A stretch of 64,000 bases of DNA. It comes from Nemertoderma westbladi (Eukaryota > Animalia > Xenacoelomorpha). The stretch spans positions 1-64,000 of the forward strand of contig JAUCBJ010000147.1 of assembly GCA_032718475.1 (NCBI GenBank). Direction: 5' to 3'. A program made the position numbers and the translations under genes. Positions 49,601-62,707 of this stretch are shown here, one piece after another (within the stretch, counting starts at the first letter, position 1; each line of letters starts with the position of its first letter). Below the pieces are notes generated by a model. The model searched no databases. It was not told where the DNA came from and saw nothing but the letters and a program-made list of their open reading frames with translations.

Positions 49601-52600
49601 ATCTTTCCTGATTTTGTTTACGTAATAAGATCTCTCGGTGTCCTTGCCACTATTCTCGTCATAAGACGTTTGGCTTTCGTAATCATCTGTATAATACACT
49701 GGTGTTACCTTTCTCCTAGTAACGGGTTTTTCACTTACCTTACTTTCCGGTGTCTTCTCTCTAGACTGTTTTAGGAGCTGAAATCTTACCTCTCCGTTTA
49801 AGAACGACATGAGGTCAGCCATGGTGGGGTCTCTATGTTGTTGGTCCATCAGATAAAGAACCTTTTTGTCCCAGCGAGTACCTACTCCACCCTTTGGCAA
49901 AGTTGATGCTATGGCTCCTACAACCATAGAACTCTGGTATTCCTGAGACTTACCCAACCAGTCTAGATGTCTACAGATCTCCTGAATCTCATCAGAAAAC
50001 TCTATAATCCCGCTGCTAAGAAACTTTTGGGGCGCTACTAATTTCGCATACAGATATCTAGCTATGTTAGTCATATTACCATACCTAATGTTTAGCGTAT
50101 CCCAAACTTGTCTCAATCCGTCGGGATGTCCAATAAACTTTAACGCCATTAACTTGGGAAGTCCTTCCAAGCACTCGATGAGGAATCGTAGTTTCTCTCC
50201 GCTGGATAGTACGGAGTTCTGTATGTTATCTTTGTAATATTCATTAAAAGGTAACCATTTCATCTCATCTCCATTAAACTTGACGACCTCTCCCACCTTT
50301 ACCGCTTGACGGGCTTCCATTCTAGCCATCTGACGTGTAAAGCTTTCTTGAGCCATCGTATTATATAATATCGAATTATCGGTATATAAATTTCTCGGAT
50401 TATTATCAGATCTGTATGGGATATCATTATCAACAGGCTTATTAATACCCTTAATAGGGTTTACTATCGGAGTTTCTACTTCGCTAGCAGTATAGATGCG
50501 TGTAGGCTCCACACCTTGCGCATGAAATACTTCAGACCTAACGGGCTGACACATTGTTACAGAGGGTGGTGTTATATCCATTTGTATATTCACTAATTTA
50601 TCGCGCTCGAGAGCGATATTTTGCTGTACTTCTTGCAGCTCTAACCTACTCTCTCTCACTGTTCCCTTTAACAGCTGAACAGTCCCTTCCAATTCTCGGA
50701 CTTGTTTGAAAGACCTGACCTTATTGTCTTCTAGTTGTCCGAGTAACTGCTCCATCCCCCGTCGTCCCTCGTCCATCCACTCAACCACGGAGGCGGGAGT
50801 CGCCAACGTCGTAGCTGGATAGCACATCGGGACGACGGGAGACAATCTATTTATTATTTCTTGCTCGGCATCCATGACAGTCTGAGATTCTGGCAGTTGT
50901 CTACTGGGCACAGGTAGTTTGGTACTGTGTAAAGGGAATTTAGAGTTAGGTTCTTGGAGCAAAGGGATCTCTATCAAGGGAGTGGGTTCGCTAACAGGTC
51001 TAATTATTTCTGGCTCATCTACTATAGTAGGTAGTCTTTCTACTCTTATAATTTGGGCTGTTGGCTCTCGATTACTTAAGTCTACACTAGCTAGCTCCCT
51101 TCTCACCGCAGGGGGTAAGTTAGGCAACTTATTTAGCTATGTTATCCTATTACCATACCTGATGTTTAGCGTATCCCAAACTTGTCTCAATCCGTCGGGA
51201 TGTCCAATAAACTTTAACGCCATTAACTTGGGAGGTCCTTCCAAGCACTCGATGAGGAATCGTAGTTTCTCTCCGCTGGATAGTATGGAGTTCTGTATGT
51301 TATTTTTGTAATATTCATTAAAAGGTAACCATTTCATCTCATCTCCATTGAACTTGATGACCTCTCCCACCTTTAGCGCTTGATGGGCTTCCGTTCTAGC
51401 CATCTGATGTGTAAAACTTTCTTGAGCCATCGTATTATTTAATATCGAATTATCGGTATATAAATTTCTCGGATTATTATCACATCTGTATGGGATATCA
51501 TTATCAACAGGCTTATTAATACCCTTAATAGGGTTTACTATCGGAGTTTCTACTTTGCTAGCAGTATAGATGCGTGTAGGCTCCACACCTTGCGCATGAA
51601 ATACTTTAGACCTAACGGGCTGACACATTGTTACAGAGGGTGGTGTTATACCCATTTGTATTCACTAATTTATCGCGCTCGAGAGCGATATTTTGCTGTA
51701 CTTCTTGCAGCTCTAACCTACTCTCTCTCACTGTTCCCTTTAACAGCTGAACAGTCCCTTCCAATTCTCAGACTTGTTTGGAAGACCTGACCTTATTGTC
51801 TTCTAGTTGTCCGAGTAACTGCTCCATCCCCCGTCGTCCCTCGTCCATCCACTCAACCACGGAGGTGGGAGTCACCAACGTCGTAGCTGGATAGCACATC
51901 GGGACGACGGGAGACAATCTATTTATTATTTCTTGCTCGGCAGTTGTCTACTGGGCACAGGTAGTTTGGTACTGTGTAAAGGGAATTTAGAGTTAGGTTC
52001 TTGGAGCAAAGGGATCTCTATCAAGGGAGTGGGTTCGCTAACAGGTCTAATTATTTCTGGCTCATCTACTATAGTAGGTAGTCTTTCTACTCTTATAATT
52101 TGGGCTGTTGGCTCTCGATTACTTAAGTCTACACTAGCTAGCTCCCTTCTCACTGCAGGGGGTATACTGCCTACACACTAAATTACTTTCAGGAAAGTAC
52201 TGTACTCTAAACCCTAAATTAGGTACAAGTACGTATACAACATATAAATAGCAGTTAAATATACGTGAACAGCCAAAAGAACCACGGTATCTGCTGGAGT
52301 GACCGGAGCACAAAATCACCAGTCTGTCCTACGCCAAGCAGTCCTGAAGTAGTACCGGGGTTAATTTAACTATAACAGTATGCATAACAAGTATAATTAC
52401 TGTAAGGAATGAACTTGGGGAGATGTAGGTTGCAAATACTTGCATAAACTCTGAATAATAAATATTACGCTACCCGTACAGACTATTCAAACAAAACACA
52501 GACCAAATGCTGGCAGACTACTGTCAAGCCTAAATAAACTACAGTATATGCAATCTCCGAAATGGTTAGTTAGTAAGTGTTCTAACTACGTAGTACGACT

Positions 52601-55102
52601 TATTCTTTCGTGGGGGATTTACCTTACAACCACTGGATGCCTCCACCTTCCTAACTAGCACTTTATCGGACAGACACTCTACATACACTGCCATCGCCTC
52701 AGACCTAACAACGGTTAGACAACAATCTGGCCTACAAATTATTTATACAATCTGAGCAGGCTTACACGCCTTCTGCTCAATATTACACTTACCGATAAAT
52801 ATAACTGACAGAAATAAGTAAACTATACAAAGGAGTAAGGGGTGATCAATCCCTAATCCCCTAACAGCCTACAATATACAATATTTCACAATCAAATAAT
52901 ACTGGGTAAGTACCGGTTCGGGTTACTAGGCCTACAGTCTACTGTCCGACCAGTACGTTTCGGTTTTATCGCCTACTGAGCAATAAAGAGTCTAAAATCT
53001 ATTAATGTTCGTGCTTTTAGACCTTTAGCAGTTTAACCTGCCAATTTTAAATGTCCTTTTAATTATGAATCGACTTTGCTCGTACCAATTACCTGGTGTA
53101 CTGAATTTACATCTGCCAAAGCCAGTCCGTGCGTGGCATATGACCCACGGTGTGGGAGACTGGATTCGGGTTCCAGAGGAAGTTATTGCGATGTGTAGGC
53201 TACTTTGTATTATTCGATTGATCGCTACTATATAATCTCTGACAACTATATTTACTTTCGGGGAAATATTAACAGTTCCTTTGGGACGTGGCACTTTAAG
53301 TATAAAACAGAGTTATGACTTACACTAATCACAACTAGATGGCTATGGAATCTCGTAAATAGCGCATTCTTTAGGAGATGCTTTATTAACCTTCACACGA
53401 CTTCACACTAATTTACACTAATTCACAGTAATTTGCCGACCGTCACTGATTTTGATCATATATAAGGAGGATTGCAACTGACACACGTAGGGATTATGAA
53501 ATAGCATTTAATTCACACAAAAACCACTATAATTTGAGTCACAGTTGCTACCGGTAGACCCTTCCTCCGCTTACCTCAGTAATCAAGAAAGTCGAGGGGT
53601 TTACGGTTATTTATCAGTATTCTCCAAATATAACATCCATTAATATAAACAGCAATTAACACAATATAAAACAGCATTAAAACAGTGCGGTGAACAGTCA
53701 GTATGTGTTCATGAAGTTTTAGTACAGATGACAAGTGTATGACAGTGATTATTGTGGTGTGTCCAGTTTGTTAATAGATTTACGTCCTTATAACTCCAGC
53801 CATCAGATGTTCTTGGGCCAAAGTCTGAAACGTCTCTACTTAGTACAGAATTCTGAGAGGAATCTAATTCTCAGAAAAACGATAACTGCGTATGCGCTAG
53901 TTTCCTCAGGTAGGTCTCTATTGGCATAACTGGGAAGATTGCTCTGATTGGCTGAATAAGCTCAAACAAAGAGATCTCCACGTACACAAAGAATCAGCTG
54001 ACAGATTTCGTCATCTTGGTTCTAATTTCTGTCCGACGCGTAGTTGAACAATTTTAGGGCTATTTTAGAGTATTCTGCGCATTGCGTAAAAATGACTTGT
54101 TATGTCCGCAAAAGCTTTTACAAGTTCCACAAAATATGAAAACTTACAACATAAATTTTGTAACATGAACATTGTTGCATTCTGACAGACAGACCAAAAA
54201 GAGACAGACGGACAGACAGTCATAACTCGAAAAGTAAAAGAGATCTCTCTAAACCGTTTTCAGATTTGAAATCCTCATTAAATTCTACTCTCGGTGAAAT
54301 TAAAAAAAAATATCGAAAATTTTAACCCCCCCCCCCCCCCCCCCCTTAAATATATAATGATACTGTATCCAACACGTAGATAATAAATATTCCGTAGACA
54401 TTAATATTAATATACACTATTAATAGACAATTTCTGTAGGCCTACATATTGTTTGATTGTATTATTAAAATTCTATTATTATCCAGATATGTTTTACACA
54501 CAGAGGCCTGTTGTAGCCGCCAGCAACACAGTCGCAAGGGTCCACCTATTACAGTTAGCACCCCCATTAACGTACAGTTCCAGCAACCCCCAAGTATACT
54601 GGTGGACCAATCAGAAAGCGACACAGAATCCTCAGACCTCCCAGTCTACAAGGCGAAATACCTGCAGATATCTGGGTTCCCTGCATATCTGTGTCCTGGA
54701 ATACGAGTGTCTGTGCTAATCCGAGATGATGCACCAAAGGACCGCAAGATGGCGCGAGACGTAGATACAAATAAAGAACGCAAGATGGCGCCTCTAGTCC
54801 GGAGCGTGAATCTTGTTCAGAAGAGAAAATACCGCGGTGTGAGTGAGGGAACATTCAGGGAAAAAGAGAAATTATCACTGAAATCGAAAGGGGTAGCTCT
54901 TCTAGGTAACCACTCGTTTGGGGAACTTATAAGCGGATGGCGTCTGGATTTGCCTTTGAATTTAACTAGCACCTTCTCCGACATCGAACACATGTTGGAT
55001 ATATCCTATGCAATAGTAATTACAACGTTATTGGATGAAATCATTAATATCCCGGTTTATATGTTTTATGGAAGCAGTGCTAATACGGGTGGTTCTTCGT
55101 AG
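34608..55102 (+). CDS. Spliced alpha-arrestin/arrestin-domain-like protein, ~325 aa; coding exons 34608-34686, 35116-35398, 54487-55102
   Basis: GT-AG boundaries with matching phases (1, then 2); 79+283+616=978 nt open frame; motifs PG..IRGEIKV, MPSHEDSNSRIRYVLHTEA, VSTPINV, LDLPLNLTSTF...LDISYAIVI...NIPVYM resemble arrestin N/C domains. Confidence 0.68.
35655..38730. repeat. 49-bp satellite array, copy 2 (intronic)
   Basis: Same variant order as 20870-23945. Confidence 0.97.
39596..40533 (-). repeat. 3' LTR
   Basis: Direct repeat of 53183-54122 (roughly 20 differences by eye); minus strand starts TGTAAAAGC preceded by purine-rich GGGAGCGG (PPT). Confidence 0.9.
40624..43001 (-). pseudogene. 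Extra ORF of unknown function inside the Bel/Pao element (~790 codons; 1 in-frame stop, ~3 frameshifts)
   Basis: ORFs 42642-43001 and 42006-42572 are in the same frame across one TGA; 41815-42018, 41040-41900 and 40624-41052 overlap successively; coding-like composition ending ~90 bp before the PPT. Confidence 0.7.
44711..49000 (-). pseudogene. pol: Bel/Pao pro-pol (protease, RT, RNase H, integrase), multiple frameshifts/stops
   Basis: Fragments 48667-48939, 48366-48707, 47576-48412, 47168-47557, 45239-47107, 44914-45270, 44711-44914 (RPVGRLCLLE end motif). Confidence 0.93.
49034..52163 (-). pseudogene. gag: Bel/Pao gag with ~1.05-kb internal tandem duplication
   Basis: KFNGDEMKWLPF...EKLRFLIECLEG...WDTLNIRYGN (DUF1759-like), CVLCDGQHRLSGC knuckle; ~50058-51116 repeated at ~51134-52163. 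Confidence 0.88.
53183..54122 (-). repeat. 5' LTR
   Basis: Direct repeat of 39596-40533, ends ...GCTTTTACA on plus strand. Confidence 0.9.
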
Positions 55103-57081
55103 CTTAATAATTAATTGTTGTGCTTTTTATCTGCTTATACTGTATTATTGTGGGAATTTTGTACAATACCAGATATTTCGTAATAGATACCACGTTGTCT
55201 CGTAATAAATTCATGTATTATTCACTGATTATGCTGCTTTCTTAAATGAGAAGGTTACAGGGACATATTATTTTAACCAAAACATACGAGTCAATAACAC
55301 ATGTTACAGTTTAAAAATGTAATGTAGGCCTAATGTAATAGAAATAGAAATATAATAATAAGGTAAATAGAAATACAACTACTGAATTAGTAGGACCTAA
55401 AGACGCGTTACCATGTACTGAAGGTCTACCGTAGAGTATATACAGATTCAATGGGAAAAGGAAGTAATTGGTGAACCACATGTACCACAAACGGTCCTGT
55501 GTATTCTATTGACACAACGGAATTCTCACCAATCCTAAAAACAAATCTCACCTGCCGGATAAAGTTCTACCTTCTACATTATGTTTACATCCTGCTCTAC
55601 TTTTACACATACTGAGTTCCAGAACATTTTCGAATATTAATTATTATTGTTTAATTCTTTATTTAATTATTATATAATAATATAATTTCTATAATATCTG
55701 CTTTTCTCTTATACGCTTGCACGGAAGTCATACAGGGACGGCTACACTCACATAATTAGACCCATTAACAAGTCCCAGTTCACCAAAACTGAAACAAATT
55801 ATTAATATTTTATAAATAATTATAGTCTACAACAGGGATTTTTTCAAAATGTTCACTGTGAAAAGTTTCTAAACGGTCTGAAAAAGTTTAGAAAATCTAA
55901 ATTTTGTTTAGGAAACCAAATTAATATGCCCAATAGCAATTAATAGTAGGCAATGCAATACTACTGTTGTATTGCTCGTTTTCTACTTTATTCAACCGTA
56001 CCTACATATTAAACTAATTGGCCAGCTATCGCGTTAAATACGGCTTTGGTAAACTAAGGCCATTTATTGGGAAGGAGTACTCCACATCATTGGTGATGGT
56101 CACTGTAGAAAGAAAAGACAACGAAAACAAATACAATTTGAGATAAATACTTTGAAAGTTTTTGTTGTTGAAATTCAATTAAAATACTTATGTTTTTCTT
56201 CTTCCTTTAAGAACTGGAGGGAAATTTGATTCAAATTATTATCACCTTTAAATTAACTTTTCTACTTCAGTAACAATGGATTCTGTTGTCAGATTATTGG
56301 TAATTTTAATATATCATACAGTCATAATTATTACTAAAACGGCTTTCTAAATAAAAATAAACCCCAGATTAGGCGCATGTAGATGGATTTCTATTACAAA
56401 TAGCAATTTTTCATTCACCCACTCGTTGAATGCCTAAGGTTCCCGGTAGGATTACCACCCGGTCTCACTTGGTCCCTTTCTACTTGCTCTAAAAAGACTT
56501 TAAATTACGGGAATGTCAATGAAACACCCCTAGACTGTAATGATTGTATACATTCTATGTCAATCTACCTAGAAACAAAATACCACAAATGAGTTAATTT
56601 GATATTAAAGGAGTTGGTGGAGCTGATGGTGATGAATCAGATTTAGATATTCAAGGGTTCGATTTTGTTGAACAAACAAACAAAAATTAAATATGGCTAA
56701 TATCTGAATGTTAAATTATGATTTATAAGTTGTTATATTTCAATCTCTGTAAAGTAAAATTATACTTTTAAAATTTGTTATATTCAAGTTTTAGTTTTAC
56801 AAAATTTAGAAATCACTATTTTTATTTATAAATTTCACTGAACATATTTAAGAAGAAAAAAACCTGCTACAAAATATAACTAAATGAAATGGCCAGCATG
56901 TCATCGGCCATAAATAATATAATTTGGGGATTAAACCCTGGCTGAATTATATTTATAAAAGTTCTCATTAATCAGAAATAACAAAAAATCGCAATAAATT
57001 CATTAATAAAATCCTAAAACTGCAGCGAAACTACAAACTCTTACGGATTATAAATAAGGTGATAGTTAAATACTGGTTTAA

Positions 57082-58827
57082 TTAAATTAAACGAGATATA
57101 AGATTATTTCCGTTGGTAATATTAGTAGCGGCGACAATAAATTCGGTAGATTTACCGCGTTGGGACAGAAATCTCAAGGCGGCAATCTCGGCGTAAGTAA
57201 CGCCGCCAATAAAGAAAACCAAAGTCTTGGATACGGGCCCGTCGCTCGGCTGTACGCCCTTGGGTAACGTCTGCTTGCAGTGCACCGTGGGTCCCGGTAT
57301 ATGACGTAACACCTCTTCCGCCGGGGGCGCCCCCTCGGGGAATAGAACCTGCAGTAACCTACAGGACAACGGCGCGTAACCGCTGAACACGTAGGATATA
57401 TCGGCGGGGTTCTGCTCATTAATATCATCGACGTTGAGTTTAAGATACCGACGAAGGTACGCGAAGGTCTTACTGCTTTGCTGCTCGACTAGCAGACCAG
57501 CTGTCTCTAGTCTCTCCAACGCTAACTGATGCCGGTAGCCGTAGCCCTGCACCACCCCGGACCTGTAGGCCTCCAATACTTTCGGTTTCAAGCCGTTACC
57601 GCAGCAACTCTGCACGCACATCAACCGGAGTACTTTAACCAGCGGGTCCCCCCTTCCGATGCAGTCGTCCACGAACTCATTCACACGATCCAACTCGATC
57701 CCGTTGATGAACTCCTGCTGACAGCGGAGTCCTTCTAGGAACTCAACCGAGTCGACTTTCTCTTTGAGTAACTCAGTTACCGATGTGTGCATCGCTAACG
57801 CAGCCTTGGCCGCCTGTATGTGCGGGAGTTTAGACACGAACTGTTTGTACTCGCCTATAGATCTCGCCGATTTGCTTTCCTCCACCTGGGACGTCAACCC
57901 CTTCGCTTTGGCGCTCAGACTCGGTCCCACAGCGTGGAAGTTCTTATCTCTCAACTCCCCAAACATTTCGTCGGAATCGTTAAGGATTAGTTTCTTATTA
58001 GGTGGCGTCTCGTCCGGACGGATTCGATCCTTCTCCTGTTTGGTTAGGAATTTCTCCGGGGGCAGCGTCACCGTGGTGCAGTGGAGGCCGTACAGCTCGT
58101 CAATTAATCCCTCGTAGGTTAGTTGAGTAGCGAGCGGCGTAACCAGATCGGTTGAGCGGTCGATCAGCACGAGATTGTCGATATCCGGGGCGATCGGTGA
58201 CGTAAGATCCGCGGACATTCGCTCCACCATCGCGGCAACTCTTTGCGACAATTCGCCCTTCCCGTACACAACCGGGATTACTCCGTACAACCCCTGTATC
58301 GTTTCTATCGCTTTAGCAACGGAGTGAAGTATCGAATAATCAGCGTCTACAAATAGCCGTTTAAACGAATCGTTTATTTCCATAGAAAGTAAATCGGTAT
58401 CGATAGGAAGAATATCCAGAGGAAACTCGTGGACTTTCAGTTTATTTACGACTCCTAAATCTTCTAGTCGCTTCTCGCAGATTAAACTTCGTCTCGGGAG
58501 GAAAACCAGATGGAATTCTACGTCGGGTTTGGCGCCCTGAAGGTTATCGGCGATGTTGTCCATGTTTGAGAGGTTGGCGCGAGAAATAAAGACGACGTTC
58601 GGCGAGGTGATTGCGGGTAGAGGGCCGGCCACCAACGGATACATCTTGGTGATTCCCCGTTCCTGTAGCAACGAGTACTCTGCTACCAGACCTATGGGAC
58701 CCGGTAGGGAGTTGTCCCATACAACCGTTTTGCCCCCTTCGATCCGTAGCAGGCACTCGATTAAATCTCGACGCGCCTGGTTGCGAAGGAGGCCTAGTTT
58801 AAGGCTGCCGGACTGCAGGTGATTCAT
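57082..58827 (-). CDS. VPS33A: Vacuolar protein sorting 33A (Sec1/Munc18 family), single-exon CDS, 581 aa from ATG 58827
   Basis: MNHLQSG..LLR..ARRDL..GKTVVWD..GPIGLVAEYSLL; LIDRSTDLVTPLATQLTYEGLIDE; DISYVFSGYAPLS; VFFIGGVTYAEIAALRFL. Confidence 0.95.
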   Translation of the reverse strand: MNHLQSGSLKLGLLRNQARRDLIECLLRIEGGKTVVWDNSLPGPIGLVAEYSLLQERGITKMYPLVAGPLPAITSPNVVFISRANLSNMDNIADNLQGAKPDVEFHLVFLPRRSLICEKRLEDLGVVNKLKVHEFPLDILPIDTDLLSMEINDSFKRLFVDADYSILHSVAKAIETIQGLYGVIPVVYGKGELSQRVAAMVERMSADLTSPIAPDIDNLVLIDRSTDLVTPLATQLTYEGLIDELYGLHCTTVTLPPEKFLTKQEKDRIRPDETPPNKKLILNDSDEMFGELRDKNFHAVGPSLSAKAKGLTSQVEESKSARSIGEYKQFVSKLPHIQAAKAALAMHTSVTELLKEKVDSVEFLEGLRCQQEFINGIELDRVNEFVDDCIGRGDPLVKVLRLMCVQSCCGNGLKPKVLEAYRSGVVQGYGYRHQLALERLETAGLLVEQQSSKTFAYLRRYLKLNVDDINEQNPADISYVFSGYAPLSCRLLQVLFPEGAPPAEEVLRHIPGPTVHCKQTLPKGVQPSDGPVSKTLVFFIGGVTYAEIAALRFLSQRGKSTEFIVAATNITNGNNLISRLI

Positions 58828-59219
58828 GATTCGTGTGATTGTCGACTCAGATACCACCAACCAGTGAAGTACCGGTAGTGTAGTACGGTACGGTAACACA
58901 ACACTATTATTATTACATCAACACTACTAGTCTGTTAGTAGCCTATTCAACTATTATTAACGTAAACTCATTAGCATTATATTATAATCAGCGCAGCGCA
59001 AGTGTCCCATTTGGTAACTTTATGCCTTTACAGCTTTATCAGTGAACACTTTATCACAATCACTAGACCTACCTTACTCCTTAGTGTACTAGGCTACATT
59101 TTAGTGGGATATTTGATGTAGTCCTATTCAGCTCCACCTCATATGCCTTGCTTGATATTACTTTTTAATTTTTAATAATATTTACCACAAATCATCGCAA
59201 GTAAAATTGGCATCTTTAG

Positions 59220-59680
59220 CTATAAACGTTGCGGCAACAGCCGAGAGCGCAGTAAGAGACAGCCGACCTCAGAGAGCTGTGGACACCAAATCTCAGGATG
59301 GCACATTTACAAGAATGGTACATCGGCATCGGATTCACTGTGGCAAGTAATGCACACATCTCCAACCAGACACAGAGACACTACATAACATTTGGAGGTA
59401 TCTCGTTGGTACCACCAAGACTGACACACTAGAACAAAGCCGCCTCCGCTTTGCAGAACATTGTTTTCGCCGTGAGGACCAGCCTGTGCACGATCTTGTG
59501 CTTTGGCAGCCCCATGGAGAAAATAAGCATGGTGGAACGACAGCCCATGACTTTTGCGAGACGCCTCTTAAAAGACACTGGCCTTGAAGATGCGGATAAT
59601 CTCGCGAAAGTCAGGGGAATAGGGAGTTGTGGCGGTGCAACGTCGTTGACAAGCCGGCATAGCCTTCTTAATACACGCTG
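59220..59680 (+). mobile_element. 3' fragment of RTE-type LINE
   Basis: Frameshifted DGTFTRM...SRLRFAEHCFRREDQPVHDLVLWQPHG...TFARRLLKDTGLE, typical RTE ORF C-terminus. Confidence 0.7.
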
Positions 59681-61220
59681 CATTGGGTTTGCCAAGTGTG
59701 GATTGCAGGGTGGGGTGGTGACAAAATGTTTTTGTTAAGCTGGCATAGCATCTTAATGTGCAGTACTTGTGCCAGTCAATGTTATAGTAGTAGTAGTAGT
59801 AGCATTTCGCAAAAGGGCATTTCATCGTTACAGACACACTGACACACAGACACATTTAATTAATAACTTTACAAATGAATCACATTTAGCTATGGTGGCT
59901 GATGGATTAATGGTATATCTTTACTTTGAATCATAAAAACGAGATATATCCCTTTTGATTTCTATAATTACAAACTCACATGCAAAATGGACAAGGAAAA
60001 TTACCCAATAATTGTTAAATCCGTCGCTTCATATCTCACATAAGATCGAGGGTTCGATCCCTGCATGGGGGCTAGGCCAGGCCTCGTTTTCGTTTCGGCC
60101 TTCTCTTGCTCAATAGTATAGTGAAAATCTTGGCGAACTTCGAGGGTATCATACTAAACAATCTTGGTCAGGGATTTCTGTCATCCGTAATAGATGATGT
60201 TTGGGTCTCTGGGCACCAAAGAGGAGAGTATTAGCCATTATTAACAGACACGACTAAACTGGCGTAATGCAGACTGCAGACTGGTAAATTAGGATGATGT
60301 ATGATGAATACGTTCGAATGTCCATACGGCAGACTTCCGATGGACACTTGTCAGACTAAAGGAGTTGAATACTTTCAGTTTACTTAGTGAATAAAGTATA
60401 CAAAGCAGAAAGATTCATACCTAACCTACCGCATGGTGAATCCGTAACGAAAAATGTGAGTCCGTAACGCTGTTCTTAAAACGTTTGATGGGCAATAGAG
60501 AACAGACCTAACACATGGATTTAATTGGTTGTACGACCTTTCGTTGCGCGTTACGGACTCACATAATTCTGTACTCCTTTACTCTCCAAAAATGAATTTC
60601 TTTCTTTATAATTTCTTTCTTTCTTGATTTATTTCTGCCAAAAAATTTATCACCATCCGGAATAAATTTAGTTACCTACTTTACTTACTAGCCGAACTAG
60701 TAGAAAATACCTGACAAGTATTATGTCTTTAATTTGCAATTTAAACATTAAAATAATAATAAAAACATACAATTAATTATATTTAATTATTGTCAATTAA
60801 ATATTTCAATGCAATTTAAATTTAAAAATAACATTAGGACTAGGCAAAGTTAAAGTTTATAGCAACATAATTTAAGAAGCTTCCCCAATATTCGTATGGC
60901 ATATCTATTACGTTTGTTTATTTTTTATCATATGTATCGATATGAAAGAAAGAAGTATAAAACTGATCGCATCTTATAGTTGCTTATTATTCGCACCAAA
61001 TGCTATGAAAGTGTTTGTTTCGTTAATAATATCAATAATGGTTTGACTAGTTCAACTCACCGTGGTTGTTACCATGAAGCCGGAATTTTCGATTTTGCCT
61101 TTAATTTTTTTTTATAAGCGTTTTAAAAAAGTGTCTTTTGCGAAATTGCACATCTCCTATCATCGCCATTCTTCAAATTAACCTCGCTTTATAGATATTA
61201 TTAAAAAGCTGGCGTTCCAA

Positions 61221-61570
61221 GGATTCCAAATATGTAACTATGTTTGAATTTCATTGAGAAACAGCTGAGAAATAGGCGTTCAAAGATTGCAAGAATTATC
61301 GTTCGCTGCAGGCCATTTATTCTATTTAATAAATACACGATATTCTGGAACATTTTGTTTATGTATGAATAGCAACGCAATAGATATATTGGATAGGAAT
61401 ACCGCTATTGCCTACCAACTCATAAAATAAATAACACGTTCTAGAATTTTGTGTATTTATTAAATAGAATAAATTGCCTGCAGCGAACGATAATTCTTGC
61501 AATCTTTGAACGCCTAGCCTATATCAGCTGTTTCTCAACGAAATTCAGATATTGTTACATATTTGGTATC
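61221..61570. mobile_element. Foldback/MITE with ~150-bp inverted arms
   Basis: TAGGCGTTCAAAGATTGCAAGAATTATCGTTCGCTGCAGGC..ATTTATTCTATTTAATAAATACAC vs its reverse complement at ~61450-61517. Confidence 0.8.
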
Positions 61571-62707
61571 CGTGTTATCAGAAAATGACACTATATTAAG
61601 GGTCATGGTGTATATTGAGTTCGTTTATTTCAGCAAACTTTATGGGTAGGAGGCAGTAATCGCCATGTATTTATATCCTTATACCGCATATATCTAACGG
61701 CTCCACCCACAGAGTCTGATGTGAAAAAGGAGAAAGAGCCGGTTTTTCACGATTAGTTTAAGTTATATTGTAGTGAAACTTGTACGCACGTTGGGTTGGT
61801 ACAGGTACATATAAATACAAATATATAATGAATTAACCGAAGCATCTCAATGTACGGCACCTTTCACTTGATGAGTGTTACCCACTCCGACGCCGCTGGA
61901 TATGATGTTTAGGTTAACTTCACAAAATAATAATATTATTCTGAAAATTAGAAAACCTCAAAAAATATAAAAAAGCATTAGTAAGTAAATACTGGTCCGG
62001 TATTGATAGCCACTTGAAAATTTACCAATTTGTATGTATCTGCAATAATAAGAAAAACTACCAAACCAATCAGTTAAACTATAAATTAATTGTTAATGAG
62101 ATAAACATGGTAGGACACTGCGACACTGGTATCAGCAGGTAGAAAGCTTTTTTAAAAGGTAAACACCGCATCCAAACAAATATATAATATTTTTTGTATA
62201 TATAGCGGTAGCCAACCGCTACCAGTTCCGGTACAGATTAAATTACCGGTACCGTTAAAGATAATATAATATAAGATGAATTGTGTCTAAAAGGTTCTAA
62301 ATAAACAAACCAAACTGATTATGTGTCAAGTAACCCAAAGGCTCATTGAATAACACTTGAAGAATATATGAACAATAGGAGTAGTGGCATGATTGAAGGT
62401 TGTACTACATATAAACTCCAACAGTTAAATTTTATTAACAATTAATTCCCAAATACCAAAAAAAACAACTGTTTGCAACAGAATAAAGATTCTTTACTTC
62501 GTGTTAGGTAGCGTGGTTGGCTGTCGGAATATTTAGAAGTAGCTGGAAATTTATAATATAGGCTTAACACTCACACAATGACGACAATGTATAAAACAAT
62601 GCAGAATAAACGTGCCTCGATATCTACATATCGAATTATCTCCAACGCAACTAAGAGACTACATGGACTAACGGAACGGTATCTGTAGGCCCTGTCCTAT
62701 AAATAAT

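Larger units (their letters stand above)
39596..54122 (-). mobile_element. Bel/Pao LTR retrotransposon, degenerate, ~14.5 kb
   Basis: Two ~935-bp LTRs; gag (DUF1759-like, Cys/His knuckles), protease LLDSGS, RT (VVFDGS, YMDD), RNase H/Pao A17 region, integrase (GVDLFGP, SDNGTNF, PWWGGSWERLI). Confidence 0.95.

Noticed and set aside
58828-58899. N-terminal extension of VPS33A from a TTG start
   Set aside because: Eukaryotic gene; similarity begins at ATG 58827 (MNHLQSG).
60020-60290. tRNA-like B-box GGTTCGATCCC (~60052)
   Set aside because: No cloverleaf or clear A-box; at most a decayed SINE head, not a tRNA gene.
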